A DNA stretch of 64,000 nt from an uncultured bacterium (GCA_963825135.1 CAWGRW010000009.1:2464001-2528000); one strand, 5' to 3'. Shown: positions 20,328-31,587, counted from the first letter of the stretch. The notes: generated by a model from the letters alone, not told the origin. Numbers and translations: made by a program.

Positions 20328-20900
20328 CTATTCTCGGGCCTTGTGCCCGCGGCTCTTCTTTCCGAGCTTATTTACCGCCTTTTTACTCTCGTCGGCTACC
20401 TTTCCTATGGGGAAGAAAAAGAGGTACTGGCCCGTATCCTTGAGCACGTCGAACGCCCTCGACGAAACCCTGTCGAAAAACTGCACGGACTTTCCGTCCG
20501 TTATGAGCACCCAGTTCTGGGGCTGCCTCAGGACTTCGGGCATCTTTTCCTTGAGGAATGTAAGGACTTCGCGGAAACGGCTGACGGCTATGCCGTTTTT
20601 CTGGAGCGACACGAGCCACCTGAGGACTATGAAGTCCTCGGTCGAGTAGAGCTTGGGCACCCCCCTGCCCTTCGAGCTCCTCAGGCTCGGCACTATGAGT
20701 CCAGTGTGCTCGTAGTAGTAAAGATGGTCGAAATCGAGCTTTACGCCCTCGAGCGCCTCTATGAGCTGTATGACGTCTTTACTCTTGAGCCCCGACTGCA
20801 GCCTTCCCGGCGTTTCCGGTTTCTCCCTGGCAATTTTTTCCGCGCTCTTTTTCACTTTGGATGTCCGAAAAAATATTCGCACCCGGTAATCTAGCTTCAA
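20328..20900 (-). CDS. MerR-family HTH regulator (Rv1830-like)
   Basis: LYYYEHTGLIVPSLRSSKGRGVPKLYSTEDFIVLRWLVSL...LITDGKSV...GQYLF. The real start may be GTG at 20855. Confidence 0.8.
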   Translation of the reverse strand: MKLDYRVRIFFRTSKVKKSAEKIAREKPETPGRLQSGLKSKDVIQLIEALEGVKLDFDHLYYYEHTGLIVPSLRSSKGRGVPKLYSTEDFIVLRWLVSLQKNGIAVSRFREVLTFLKEKMPEVLRQPQNWVLITDGKSVQFFDRVSSRAFDVLKDTGQYLFFFPIGKVADESKKAVNKLGKKSRGHKARE

Positions 20901-20933
20901 AATATCACAAACGTCCTGCTAACGCAATCCCGC

Positions 20934-20962
20934 TTGACACCCAACTGTGACACCACTATGTT
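20934..20962 (+). promoter_or_regulatory. Sigma70-type promoter
   Basis: TTGACA-17 nt-TATGTT upstream of the ICL/PEP-mutase gene. Confidence 0.65.
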
Positions 20963-20989
20963 TCTAAAGAAAATGCTTCGGAGACGGTT

Positions 20990-21862
20990 ATGACGAATGG
21001 TCAGAGACTCAGGGAAATACTGTCCGGGCCGGGGATACTGGTCCTGCCGGGGGTCCACGACTGCGTGAGCGCGAAGCTCGCGGAGCGGGCCGGGTTCAGT
21101 GTCGCGTTCACGAGCGGATTCGGGATATCGGGCGCTTTGCTGGGGAGGCCTGATTACGGTTTTCTCACGGCGACGGAGATGATAACGAGCGTCGGCCGCA
21201 TCGCGGCCTCCGTAGGCATCCCCGTGGTCGCCGACATAGACACCGGGTACGGGAACGCGTTAAACGTGATGAGCACCGTTGAGGAGGTCGTGAGGGCCGG
21301 GGCAGCGGGGATAATACTGGAGGACCAGGTGTGGCCCAAGAAATGCGGCCACTTCGAGGGGAAGCGTGTAATTCCTATGGAGGAGCACGCGGAGAAGATA
21401 CGCGCCGCCGTCCTGGCCCGCGGCGAGAGCGGTCTCGTGATTGTCGGACGCACCGATGCGAGGGCGCCCCACGGTCTCGGGGACGCTATAAAAAGAGGGA
21501 GGGTATATCACGAAGCCGGGGCGGACGTCGTGTTTATAGAAGCGCCCGAGTCCCGGGAAGAGCTCAAGGAGATCGCCGCCGCTTTTCCGGGCGTGCCTCT
21601 ATTTGCCAATATGGTCGAGGGCGGGAAGACGCCCATTCTCACCGCACGGGAGCTCGGAGAGCTCGGGTTCAAGATAGCGGTTTTTCCTTTGGCCGCCCTC
21701 TTCTCCGCGACCAGAGCGATCGAGCTCTGTTTCGCGTACCTGATTGAGCACGGGACGACCGCGGGGTATAAGGAAATGCTCTCGTTTAAAGATTTTGAAG
21801 AGATAATAGACGTTCCCAGGTGGAGGGAGCTTGAAAAGAGGTTCGGGGTCGAGAACAGTTAA
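20990..21862 (+). CDS. Isocitrate lyase/PEP mutase family (methylisocitrate lyase-like)
   Basis: ADIDTGYG, LEDQVWPKKCGH, GRTDA, NMVEGGKTP. Confidence 0.88.
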   Translation: MTNGQRLREILSGPGILVLPGVHDCVSAKLAERAGFSVAFTSGFGISGALLGRPDYGFLTATEMITSVGRIAASVGIPVVADIDTGYGNALNVMSTVEEVVRAGAAGIILEDQVWPKKCGHFEGKRVIPMEEHAEKIRAAVLARGESGLVIVGRTDARAPHGLGDAIKRGRVYHEAGADVVFIEAPESREELKEIAAAFPGVPLFANMVEGGKTPILTARELGELGFKIAVFPLAALFSATRAIELCFAYLIEHGTTAGYKEMLSFKDFEEIIDVPRWRELEKRFGVENS

Positions 21863-23295
21863 TCGCCTAGTAATGACTGCATATCGAGCGGCTGTCCGTT
21901 GAGCGTTATCTGGCCCATCTCGTAGCTGGCGTTGAGCTCGTAATTGTCCCCGTTCCCCGTAATGATGCCCTGGTCCATGAGCCCCTTGATCTCGTCGCCC
22001 GTTTCCTCTTTCGCCATTCCGGCGATTTCCTCATCGGGCGGTATTTCGTCGTCGGCCTTCTTGAAATCTCCCAATATCTCTTCCTTCTTGTAGTCCGTAA
22101 TGACCCGTTCCAGAAGCGGCTTGGTCACGGATACCCTGGCGTTTGCCTTTATCGCCGTAACCAGAAAGAGGGGGTTCGACGCGAGCTCCGGGTTGTCCAT
22201 GTTGGTTCCGTCGACTGAAATTTTGAGGTGGCCGTCGAGACTGCCGTCGGAGGTTTTGATCGTCAATTTCGTGAGGTCTATCTCAGGGGATTTCTTGATC
22301 AGACCGGGAACGATCTTCATCAGCTCCGTCATGAATGCCGCTCTCGCTTCCTCTGTTTGCGGCGCGTTCTGATTCTTCCTTAGCAGGTCCTGGATTTTAA
22401 TCCACGAGGCCATATCTATGTTTCGTATGGCAAGCTCGTATCCGCCCGGGCCGTATTTGCTGCCTCCGGCGTCTATCTCCTTGAACCCGAGACTGTGGGT
22501 GCTGTTGAGGATTCCTTCAGATTCGGTCGAAGCGCCTGTAAGCGCGATACCGGTTATAGAGAAATCCTCGTGCCCGGCGCTGTTTTTATCCTTCGTCCGG
22601 GCCGCGATTTCGTCGATTGCAAAGTTGATATCCCCGACCGGGTATTTGTTTTCGGGGCCGACGTATTTCAGCCTTGAAGCCCCGCTGAGCCCGGTAATTG
22701 TAAAATCAGTGTCTTTACCGGTCAGTTTGAGCCCCGCTGATTTGAATTCCGCATCAACGTCTCTGAATTCCGGGCTGAATTTAACGTCGCCCGTCAGCCC
22801 TTCCCATTTGAGATTCCCTCCCCCTTTCCCCGCCCCGGTTTCGATACCCGGCATTGTAATATCGGTTATGCCCACGCCGTCGAGCGAAAGTCTCGTCAAG
22901 AGGCTCACCGGGGGCAGCTTCTTTATTATTTGCGAGAATTCCGATTCCCCGACCGGTATCGCTACCAGCTTCGAGTCGATAACTGCCATGACAGGCGTAA
23001 GCCCGGACATCCCGCTCAGTACCGCCTGAACCGGAAACGGTCCGTGGTAGATCGTATCTGTTTCCTCGAATTTTACGATCTCGGCGTCTCCGTTCTTGAT
23101 AACGAATGTAGTCCCGGCTCTGGAATTCAGCCACCCCTTATCGTAGCTCTTTTCGACGATCGAGACATTGCCCGTGTTGGAATATGTGCTGATGATATCG
23201 TTATAGACCCTCTCCGTCTGGATACCGAACCAGTAAGGCAGTCCGAATAAAGCCAGAACGGCTATGAGCACGATAACGATTATGACACGGCGCAT
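21859..23295 (-). CDS. YdgA/DUF945-family membrane-anchored protein
   Basis: N-terminal TM, then PYWFG, YDKGWLNS, IYHGPFP and C-terminal GQITLNGQPL. Confidence 0.8.
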   Translation of the reverse strand: MRRVIIVIVLIAVLALFGLPYWFGIQTERVYNDIISTYSNTGNVSIVEKSYDKGWLNSRAGTTFVIKNGDAEIVKFEETDTIYHGPFPVQAVLSGMSGLTPVMAVIDSKLVAIPVGESEFSQIIKKLPPVSLLTRLSLDGVGITDITMPGIETGAGKGGGNLKWEGLTGDVKFSPEFRDVDAEFKSAGLKLTGKDTDFTITGLSGASRLKYVGPENKYPVGDINFAIDEIAARTKDKNSAGHEDFSITGIALTGASTESEGILNSTHSLGFKEIDAGGSKYGPGGYELAIRNIDMASWIKIQDLLRKNQNAPQTEEARAAFMTELMKIVPGLIKKSPEIDLTKLTIKTSDGSLDGHLKISVDGTNMDNPELASNPLFLVTAIKANARVSVTKPLLERVITDYKKEEILGDFKKADDEIPPDEEIAGMAKEETGDEIKGLMDQGIITGNGDNYELNASYEMGQITLNGQPLDMQSLLGD

Positions 23296-23450
23296 TTTTG
23301 TCTCCCGAATGTTAAAAATCTATTATAATTATATTTCTTTTGGCATTGAAAAATCAACACTGCCCGATAATTATCAATCGCTCTCTCGTTTTCCGGGCCC
23401 GGAACGTATATCCCGGTTATCCTGAATCCCGCGAATCAGGCGCGAATCGA

Positions 23451-24082
23451 CTAGTTGACGTTATTCTTCAAGTCCGCGAGAAAGGCATTCAATACTTCAC
23501 CGAGCGCGGTATTCCAGCCCTTCATGAGGTCTTTGGCCGTAGGGGAGGCGATCGGCGCCTCGAAGCTGTAGTTCTTGGCCATAACTATCTTCGTGTTGTC
23601 GTCGTAGCTGCTGTCCGTCGTATATTTCAGGAGCAGGAACTGTATCTCCAGCACTGCTTTCGGAGCGGATCTGAAGTCCCCGTACAGGCGGACGACGTTG
23701 CCTTCGATGAAGTAGTTGGCGTCTGCCTGAGTGACAGAGCCGAAAACATCCTGGAAGAGGCCCGCGTCGTTGAGCCACCTTCCCGTCACTTCTGTCAGCA
23801 TGGCGCCCGGGGGTCTGAAGAATTGGTTATAGAAGTCGGATTCGTAGCTCAGATCGCCCGTCCTGTATATGAACTCCTTCCCGTCGCTGCCCGGGGAGAT
23901 GTTGAAACGGGAGATTTCGACGACAGCGCCCTTAACCGGCGGGTATTTTACCGTTACTGGCGGCACTTCGAACATGTAAATACTGCCTTTCAGGATAACT
24001 TTTGCTTAGACCGGAGCAGCCCGTCACGATAAGGAGTACAACAATCAGTTGAAGATATATATGTATGATGAACGTATTTCAT
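23451..24082 (-). CDS. ABC-transport auxiliary lipoprotein (PqiC/LinN-like), frameshifted N-terminus
   Basis: Lipobox IVTG|C recovered by frame correction, and FIYRTGDLSYESDFYNQF. ATG overlaps the MlaD stop (ATGA). Confidence 0.75.
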
Positions 24083-25036
24083 TTTGTCTTTTCCTCCCCT
24101 TCTATATGCGGCGGCGGGTTTCCGAAGAGGACCCATGAGGGATACTTCTTCAGCGTGTCCATAATTCCCTCGCTGTCCTCCGAAATCCGCTCAATATTCT
24201 CCATAGTCAGTTTTAGGCTGTGCTCCCTGCTCGACAACAGTCGGTCCGTCCGGTTGAGAGTGGTCCTCAGGTCGGAGGTTATGCGCGGTGACGTTGGCGA
24301 GCGTTTGCTTCGCTTCCTTGCTCTTGAGGATTGTTTCGAGCTCGGTAATCGTGTGTTGAGCGCCCTTTATCAGCCCTCTCACGTCCTTGCTCAGCTCTCC
24401 GACCTTTGCATCCTCGACTGCTTTGTTCAAGGTAACGACCAGTTTTTCTATTTCCGACCGAAATTTGCTTGAAGTCGATCTTGTCTATGCTCTCCGAAAG
24501 CTGTTCGATCGTCTGGGTGATTTGAGTGATGGTGCCGGGCGCAGAGGGTATGTACATGTATTCAGGCTTCCATTCGTGCTCAAAAGGCGGGTATCGGTCC
24601 GGGTCGAGATACACGGCGTTGAGGAATGCTATACCCGTAATGCCCTGGGAAGCCAGCTGGAGCCTGAGACCGTCTTTTATCATTTTCTTAATAACCGGCC
24701 TCCCTTTCTTCGTCCGTTTTGTAGAGCCTGCCCTTACCCTTTCCCGCCACCTTGTTGCGGGTAGATATCTGAGCCCTTACGAGGACGTATTGTTTGTTAG
24801 TTTTATATTCGTTGAACACGAACCCGATCGAGCTTACGTTTCCTATCTGGACGCCCTGGAATTCGAGAGACGACCCGACGGATAGGCCCTGGACCGACTG
24901 GTCGAAATATGTCTCGACCGTGACCTTTTGCTCGAAGAACTTCCCTCCGCCGAAAAATATTATCGCCCCCGCGAGTATCACGAAGCGCCAGTATTACGAA
25001 CAATCCTATCTTGAAGAAGTTGGGTTTCTGGCTCAT
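24079..25036 (-). CDS. MCE/MlaD-family protein, multiple frameshifts
   Basis: Fragments: MSQKPNFFKIGLFV, YFDQSVQGLSVGSSLEFQGVQIGNV, GLRLQLASQGITG, KYPSWVLFGNPPP. Confidence 0.8.
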
Positions 25037-25049
25037 GTCCTATTTTCCC

Positions 25050-25839
25050 TTATTTTTGATTTTGCGTGCCGAGCTGCTCATCGGTCTGCCTTCTGAAAAA
25101 TTTCTGAACCACCGGTATCGTCGAATGATCCCTCAGGTACTCGGGCTTTCCGGTCGCAATTATATTCTTCGTGCTCTTGTCGAGCATTATGACCCTGTCG
25201 GCGATTGTGTAAATGCTGTTGAGCTCATGCGTAACGACGATAAACGTTACTCCGAGGCTCCGCGAGAGCTGTATTATCAGCTGGTCGAGCTCCGCCGAGG
25301 TGATGGGGTCGAGACCCGCCGAGGGCTCGTCGAGGAACAGCACCTCCGGATCGAGCGCCATCGCCCTCGCCAGCGCCGCCCTCTTTATCATTCCGCCGCT
25401 CAGCTCGGAAGGCATCTTCTGCTTCGGAGCCGTCGAGCCCCACGAGCTCGAGCTTCATCCGTCCGATGAGGTGCCTTGCCTCCCTGCTCAAGTCCGTATA
25501 TTCCTCAAGCGGCAGCATCACGTTCTCGAGCACGGTCATGGAGCCGAATAAAGCGCCCAGCTGATACGCAACCCCTATCTTTTTTCAATAATATTGATCC
25601 TGTCCTGACCCTCCGCCTTCGTGATGTCTTCCCCTTTAATTATTATATTCCCTCTGGCTGGTTTGTAGAGGCCTATCATGTGTTTCAAGAGCGTGCTCTT
25701 TCCGCAGCCGGAGCCTCCCAGTATCGACGAATATCTCGCCCCTCAAGACTTCGAACGAAATATCGTCGATGATTACGACGTCCCCGTATTTCGCCGTGAA
25801 ATCCTTAACGTCTATTATCGCTTCTTTCCCGCCGCTCAT
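25050..25839 (-). CDS. MlaF-like ABC ATPase, frameshifted
   Basis: Fragments with Walker A (GSGCGKS, by frame correction), PSELSGGMIKRAALARA, LFLDEPSAGLDP, VVTHE. Confidence 0.85.
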
Positions 25840-25840
25840 G

Positions 25841-26991
25841 TCAGATCCCCAGTATGTAATATATTACTCCGAAGATACCGTCGACGACTATCATAAGTAT
25901 AATCCCCGTTACGACCGCCGTTGTCGCAGCGTCGCCTACCGCGGACGGCCCTCTCGAAGCCCTCATGCCGGACAGGCAGCCCACGCCCGCAATGAGAACC
26001 GCGAAGAAGAGGGTCTTGAACAGTCCCGCGAGCAGCATGACATAGGTTCCCGAAGCCGTTATCTGGTTTATGTAGGTCGTGAAGGTGTATCCCATGGACA
26101 GTATTACGACGAGACCCCCGAGGAGGCCGAACAGGTTCCCGAAGACCGTGAGCAGGGGGAGCATGAAAAGGGCGGCAATGACCTTGGGGACGACCAGGAA
26201 ATTAACGGGGTCGAGTCCCATGGTGTCGAGAGCGTCGAGCTCCTCGTTCACTTTCATGGTGCCGAGCTCGGCGGCGAATGCCGAGCCGCTCCTGCCGTTT
26301 ACGACGAAGGCCGTCATCAGCGGGCCGAGCTCTTTAAAATAGGCGATGACGATCAGGTCGGCGACAAATATTTGGGCTCCGTACTGCTGCATCGGTATGG
26401 CGGACTGGAACGCGATTACGAGTCCGACCAGAAAATTTACGAGAGCGATGATGAAAAGGGAGTTAGCCCCGAATTTCTCGCATGTGACGAAAACCTCCTT
26501 CCATCTGATCTTGGAGGGGTTAACGGCGGCGGCAAATAGCCCGACTGTGACGCGTCCGGTGAAGTATATATGCACCTTCAGCTCTTCGAGCATTTCCCAC
26601 GATGTCTTTCCCACCCTTTCGACAATATTTCCCGAAGGGGGTTGTCCCGTCCCCTCGGGTTTTGCCAGCTCGTCGATTTTAAATAGCCTGTAGAGCCTTT
26701 CGTTGTCTTTGCTGAGCCCCCTCAACTCGAAGCCGCCCCCTTTCCTCTTCTGAATCAGCTCAAGCTCGATAAGGAGGGCTATGCCCGAGGCGTCGCAGTA
26801 CTCGATCCCCTCTGCGTCTATGATCAGTTTCCGCGGGGTTGGATTTTTCTAGCTCCGTAGGAGGAGTCTTTCCAGATTTTTCCCGTCGAATATACATCGA
26901 GGCGCCCCTTTATTTTGAGTACGAGGGTACCGTCGGATTCTTTCGATGCCTCGACTGATGGAGGGGAAAACGCGGCGTCATGGTCTTTCAT
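25841..26991 (-). CDS. MlaE permease with N-terminal STAS domain, frameshift near 26850
   Basis: KELGPLMTAFVVNGRSGSAFAAELGTMKVNEELDAL. STAS fragment LIIDAEGIEYCDASGIALL. Confidence 0.88.
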
Positions 26992-27085
26992 ATAATTGTC
27001 GGCGGGTATTTGAGTACCGTTAATATGACATCAAAACAGTGGATTAACAAGTGAGATTAACATAGAATAAACAATAGAACCGGAT

Positions 27086-28177
27086 ATGAAAGGAAATGCC
27101 CCATTTGTCAGGAACCTCGAGGCATTCTATTACGCGGAAGTCTTTCTCGTCTGCGCGGTATCCGCCATACTGACCATAAGGCTCTTTCTCCACATGACGG
27201 GTTATCCCCAGATAGGGGGCGGCACGCTCCATATCGCGCATATGCTCTGGGGCGGGCTCCTCATGCTCGTGTCCATCATGATGCTGATAGGGTTTATCGG
27301 GAGGCGTACGGAGCTCTGGGCCGCAGTGCTCGGGGGAGCGGGGTTCGGGACATTCATAGACGAGGTGGGGAAATTCGTCACTAAGGACAACGATTATTTC
27401 TTCGCCCCTTCGGTCGCCATCATGTATATGGTGTTCATACTCATCGTGCTGTCCCTGCAGATGATCAAATCCGGCTGGACTTTCACGAAAAGGGAGTACC
27501 TGGTCAACGCTCTCAAGGGGCTCGAAGAGGCGGCGCTCAGAGACCTCGACGAGGACGAGAAGAAGAGGGTTCTGGCGTATCTCCGGAAAAGCGATCCGGA
27601 CAACCCGCTCACGGCCCCGGTCAGGGATCTCATCATCGGCACGGCCCCGGTACCCGTCTCTTCGCCGGGGATATATTTAAGGGCTAAAAACAGGTTCAGG
27701 AAGTCTTATGAAAGAGTTGCCGGAAGCAATTATTTCAGGACGGGCATCACCGTATTCTTCCTCCTCCAGCTTTTCGTGACTCTCGTTTATGTGGCGGTTT
27801 TTACACTGTTTATCGGATTCGGGAAGGATAAGATTATGAGTATCCGAGCTCTCGAAAACGTGACTATCAGATTCACCGGCCTGACCTTTATCGACAAGGC
27901 GCAGATTTTCTCGTCGGCCCTATCGGGGGTTTTTGTCTTTCTCGGGGTCTATTACCTGAGGAAATCGCGGCTTCTATCGTTACGGATGTTCGAGTGGTCG
28001 GTACTTGTCTCCATACTCCTTACATACGTGTTTATATTCTACAAGGAGCAGTTCGCGGCGCTTGCGGGACTTTCGTTTAACGTCCTGATACTTATAGGTC
28101 TCAGGATAATGATAAGGAGGGAGGAGGCCGATGCGATGGCTGGCGAGGCCCGTATCAACTGGAGCAAGCTCGATTAG
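27086..28177 (+). CDS. Conserved multi-TM membrane protein
   Basis: About 7-8 hydrophobic segments, with HIAHMLWGG and GFGTFIDEVGKF motifs. Confidence 0.8.
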   Translation: MKGNAPFVRNLEAFYYAEVFLVCAVSAILTIRLFLHMTGYPQIGGGTLHIAHMLWGGLLMLVSIMMLIGFIGRRTELWAAVLGGAGFGTFIDEVGKFVTKDNDYFFAPSVAIMYMVFILIVLSLQMIKSGWTFTKREYLVNALKGLEEAALRDLDEDEKKRVLAYLRKSDPDNPLTAPVRDLIIGTAPVPVSSPGIYLRAKNRFRKSYERVAGSNYFRTGITVFFLLQLFVTLVYVAVFTLFIGFGKDKIMSIRALENVTIRFTGLTFIDKAQIFSSALSGVFVFLGVYYLRKSRLLSLRMFEWSVLVSILLTYVFIFYKEQFAALAGLSFNVLILIGLRIMIRREEADAMAGEARINWSKLD

Positions 28178-29043
28178 CCGGGTACGGCGCCGGAGGATAT
28201 GTAATAGATGAGGACGAAATAATACGACACCGGAAATACGAATAACAGGCTGTCGAACCTGTCGAGCACCCCGCCGTGGCCGGGGACTATGTCTCCCGTA
28301 TCCTTAATGCCCGCGCCCCTTTTGATGGCCGATTCCACCAGGTCTCCGAACACGGCCGAGACCGCGATGAGGAGGGAAAGGAATATCGTCCAGTCGGAAT
28401 TGAGCGGGGAACCGAAGCCGTAATTCACTATGAGGCCGGTCAGTATGCAGGCCATGATTCCGCCTATCGTGCCCTCAACGGTCTTCCCGGGGCTGATGGC
28501 GGGGGCGAGCTTCCTCTTGCCGAACCGGAGTCCCGTAAAATAAGCCCCGGTGTCGTTGAGGAACGTGCACGCGACCGTAATAAATATATAGAAAAACCCG
28601 GGGTCTTTAAGCCCCTGCCGGCTGAGAGCGAACTCCTTTATTCCGTCAATGGCGCCAATATCCCTGAGCAGTATCGCATGGCTAAGGAGCCAGCCTATGT
28701 ATATTATCCCGAAGAGCGTCACCCCCGCCCTCAGCACCGTGCCGCCTTCCCTGAGCTTCCAGAGCTCGAAAACCAGCACAAGCACGACCGCGCCCGTAAA
28801 GGTCATCACGAAATAGATATAGCCCATGTACGCGGAAACGGCGAGAAGGAGCGAAAAAGCGATGCCCGATATCTTTTCGTCGGGAAAGTTCCTCGACCGC
28901 AGCAGTTTCTGAAACTCTATCTGGCCGAGCAGTATCAGCGCCATGAAGAAGAGAAGGTAGATTAATCCCCCTATGCGGAAAATCGCATACAGTATCGGCA
29001 CCGCTATCGCGGCCGTAAGTATCCTCTGCCGGAAGTTGCTCAT
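28174..29043 (-). CDS. cdsA: Phosphatidate cytidylyltransferase
   Basis: NDTGAYFTG, ISPGKTVEG, GDLVESAIKR...KDTG.IVPGHGGVLDRFDS. Confidence 0.95.
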   Translation of the reverse strand: MSNFRQRILTAAIAVPILYAIFRIGGLIYLLFFMALILLGQIEFQKLLRSRNFPDEKISGIAFSLLLAVSAYMGYIYFVMTFTGAVVLVLVFELWKLREGGTVLRAGVTLFGIIYIGWLLSHAILLRDIGAIDGIKEFALSRQGLKDPGFFYIFITVACTFLNDTGAYFTGLRFGKRKLAPAISPGKTVEGTIGGIMACILTGLIVNYGFGSPLNSDWTIFLSLLIAVSAVFGDLVESAIKRGAGIKDTGDIVPGHGGVLDRFDSLLFVFPVSYYFVLIYYISSGAVPG

Positions 29044-29104
29044 GTAATTCAAGTAGATATACTTTCCATAACTTGGAAGATATTGCAAATGAATTGTATA
29101 TCCG

Positions 29105-29869
29105 ATGAATACCCCTCAGATAGAGCCGATCTGGAGCCCCTCGGATAAGCCCGTGAGGGCCGCGGTCCTCCTCTCGGGCTCGGGGACGAATTTCATTGCC
29201 GTGCATGAAGAGGGTAAGCTGCTCGCGGCAGGCGGGGGGAAACCCTTCGCTGTGATCGGAGCCGTGTTTACGAACGTCCCCGGATGCGAGGGGGTGTTAA
29301 AAGCTGCCGGGCTCGGAATCCCTGTCCTCTCCCTCAGCTCCAAAATCTTTTTCTCCTCCCTGGGCGTAAACCCCGACGACGACGGGGCGAGGGATTATTT
29401 CGATGCGGCCGCGGCCGCCCTGATCGAGGAGGTGTGCTCCCCTGACGTCATATTGCTCGCGGGTTACAGGCGGCGTCTCGGCGGCATGTTTCTAAGGAGA
29501 TACAGAAACCGCGTGGTCAATCTCTATCCCGGCGATATAACGAAAGGCTATCTCGTAAAGGGCGTGGATGCTTCCGTTCAGGCCATACGGGCCGGCGAGG
29601 GTTCTATAAAGTGCACCGTTTACCTGGAGCGGGAGCAGGAGCGGTTCGGGCCGGCGCTGGTTCAGTCGGAGCCTCTATCCCTTGCAGGGTATAGGGAAGA
29701 GGACGCGGGGGCCGTCAACGAGCTCATACGTTCGAAGGGAGAGTGGAAGATATTCCCATACGCAGTCCATAATCTGATAGCGGGCGGCAGGCTCGGAATA
29801 GACGGGGACGACAACGTATACCTCGACGGAAAGAAGCTCGGAAAGGAAGGATATCAATTCAGGGAATGA
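29105..29869 (+). CDS. Formyltransferase-fold protein (PurN-like, divergent active site)
   Basis: VLLSGSGTNF and LLAGY are present, but NLYPGD replaces the NxHP motif. Confidence 0.75.
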   Translation: MNTPQIEPIWSPSDKPVRAAVLLSGSGTNFIAVHEEGKLLAAGGGKPFAVIGAVFTNVPGCEGVLKAAGLGIPVLSLSSKIFFSSLGVNPDDDGARDYFDAAAAALIEEVCSPDVILLAGYRRRLGGMFLRRYRNRVVNLYPGDITKGYLVKGVDASVQAIRAGEGSIKCTVYLEREQERFGPALVQSEPLSLAGYREEDAGAVNELIRSKGEWKIFPYAVHNLIAGGRLGIDGDDNVYLDGKKLGKEGYQFRE

Positions 29870-29901
29870 CGCGTGGAGCCGGGCGAGCCGAACAGCATTA
29901 C

Positions 29902-31587
29902 CTATTCCTGTTTACCCTTTTCCCTGGCCCATGTGTCTTTGAGCGTGACCGTCCTGTTAAACACCGGGGAGCCTTTTTTCGAATCGCGATGGTCGGGCGT
30001 GAAATAGCCGAGCCTCTCGAACTGATAGTTGACGCCGGGCTCGGCGTCTGCAAGACCGGGCTCGAGCCTGCAGTCCTTAAGCACGACGAGCGAGTCGGGG
30101 TTGAGGGAGTCCTTATACTCCCCGCCTCCGCTCCCGGGCTCGGGGTCCGTGAAGAGCCTGTCGTAGAGCCTGACCTCGGCGGAGACCGCATGTTTTGCCG
30201 ATACCCAGTGAATGGTCGCCTTGACCTTCCTGCCGTCGGGCGCGTCCCCTCCCCTGGTGGCAGGGTCGTAGGTACAGCGGAGCTCGGTGATTACGCCCTT
30301 TTCGTCCTTTACGACGTCCGTGCATCTGACGAAATAGGCGTATCTGAGCCTGACTTCGACGCCCGGCGAGAGGCGGTAGAACTTCTTTGGCGGGTCTTCC
30401 ATGAAATCATCCCTTTCTATGTAGAGCTCTCCCGAGAAAGGCACCTTCCTCTTTCCCATGCTCTCGTCCTCGGGGTTATTCACCGCGTCCATTTCTTCCG
30501 TGAGGCCTTCGGGGTAGTTGGTTATCACCACCTTGAGCGGGTCGAGCACACCCATCACGCGGCGGGCCTTTTTATTGAGGTCGTCCCTCACGCTGTGCTC
30601 AAGCAGCGACATGTCCATCACGCTCTCCTGCTTCGTGACCCCTATCCGGGAGCAGAAATTCCTTATCGAGTCCGGGGTGTAGCCCCTCCGCCTCAGGCCC
30701 GAAATGGTGGGCATCCTGGGGTCGTCCCACGCGTTGACGTATCCCTTCTGCACGAGCTCGAGGAGGCGTCTCTTGCTCATGACCGTGTAGTTGAGGTTCA
30801 GGCGCGAGAACTCTATCTGCCGGGGGTGGTATATGCCGAGCTCGTCCAGGAACCAGTCGTAGAGCGGCCTGTGGTCCTCGAATTCGAGCGTGCAGAGCGA
30901 ATGTGTAATCCCCTCTATCGAGTCCGATATGCAGTGGGCGTAGTCGTACATCGGATAGATGCGCCACTCGTCGCCCGTCCTGTAATGGGGCTCCCGGAGT
31001 ATCCTGTACATGACCGGGTCGCGCATGTTTATGTTGCCCGAGGACATATCTATCTTCGCCCTGAGCACGTGGGCGCCCTCCTCGAACTCGCCCTTTTTCA
31101 TGCGCTCGAAGAGGTCGAGGTTCTCCTCGATCGGTCTGTCTCTGTAAGGGCTTTCCCTGCCGGGCTCGTTGAGTGTGCCCCTGTGCTCCCTTATCTCGTC
31201 CGCGCTAAGAGAGTCGACGTATGCCTTGCCCTTCTTTATGAGATCCAGGGCGTAATCGTATAGTTGCTTGAAATAATCGGACGCGTGGTAGAGCCTGTCG
31301 TCCCAGTCAAAGCCGAGCCACCTGACGTCTTTTATTATCGACTCGGCGTATTCCGTGTCTTCCTTGGCCGGGTTCGTATCGTCGAACCTGAGGTTGCACG
31401 TGCCCCCGTATTCGAGAGCGGCGCCGAAGTTGAGGCATATGGATTTGGCGTGCCCTATGTGGAGATAGCCGTTGGGCTCGGGGGGGAACCTGGTCGCAAC
31501 CCTGCCCCCGTATTTCCCGCTCCCGAGGTCTTCTTCGATTATAGCCCTTATGAAGTCGAGGCTCTTCTTTTCTTTATCGTCGTCCAT
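29902..31587 (-). CDS. glnS: Glutamine--tRNA ligase
   Basis: [37 protein letters not shown]. Confidence 0.96.
   Translation of the reverse strand: MDDDKEKKSLDFIRAIIEEDLGSGKYGGRVATRFPPEPNGYLHIGHAKSICLNFGAALEYGGTCNLRFDDTNPAKEDTEYAESIIKDVRWLGFDWDDRLYHASDYFKQLYDYALDLIKKGKAYVDSLSADEIREHRGTLNEPGRESPYRDRPIEENLDLFERMKKGEFEEGAHVLRAKIDMSSGNINMRDPVMYRILREPHYRTGDEWRIYPMYDYAHCISDSIEGITHSLCTLEFEDHRPLYDWFLDELGIYHPRQIEFSRLNLNYTVMSKRRLLELVQKGYVNAWDDPRMPTISGLRRRGYTPDSIRNFCSRIGVTKQESVMDMSLLEHSVRDDLNKKARRVMGVLDPLKVVITNYPEGLTEEMDAVNNPEDESMGKRKVPFSGELYIERDDFMEDPPKKFYRLSPGVEVRLRYAYFVRCTDVVKDEKGVITELRCTYDPATRGGDAPDGRKVKATIHWVSAKHAVSAEVRLYDRLFTDPEPGSGGGEYKDSLNPDSLVVLKDCRLEPGLADAEPGVNYQFERLGYFTPDHRDSKKGSPVFNRTVTLKDTWAREKGKQE

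Noticed and set aside
29866..31263. Long antisense ORFs (465 aa here; similar ones at 4838, 35845, 45874, 48479, 58782)
   Set aside because: They lie opposite well-conserved or long clean genes in GC-rich DNA and show no recognisable motifs.
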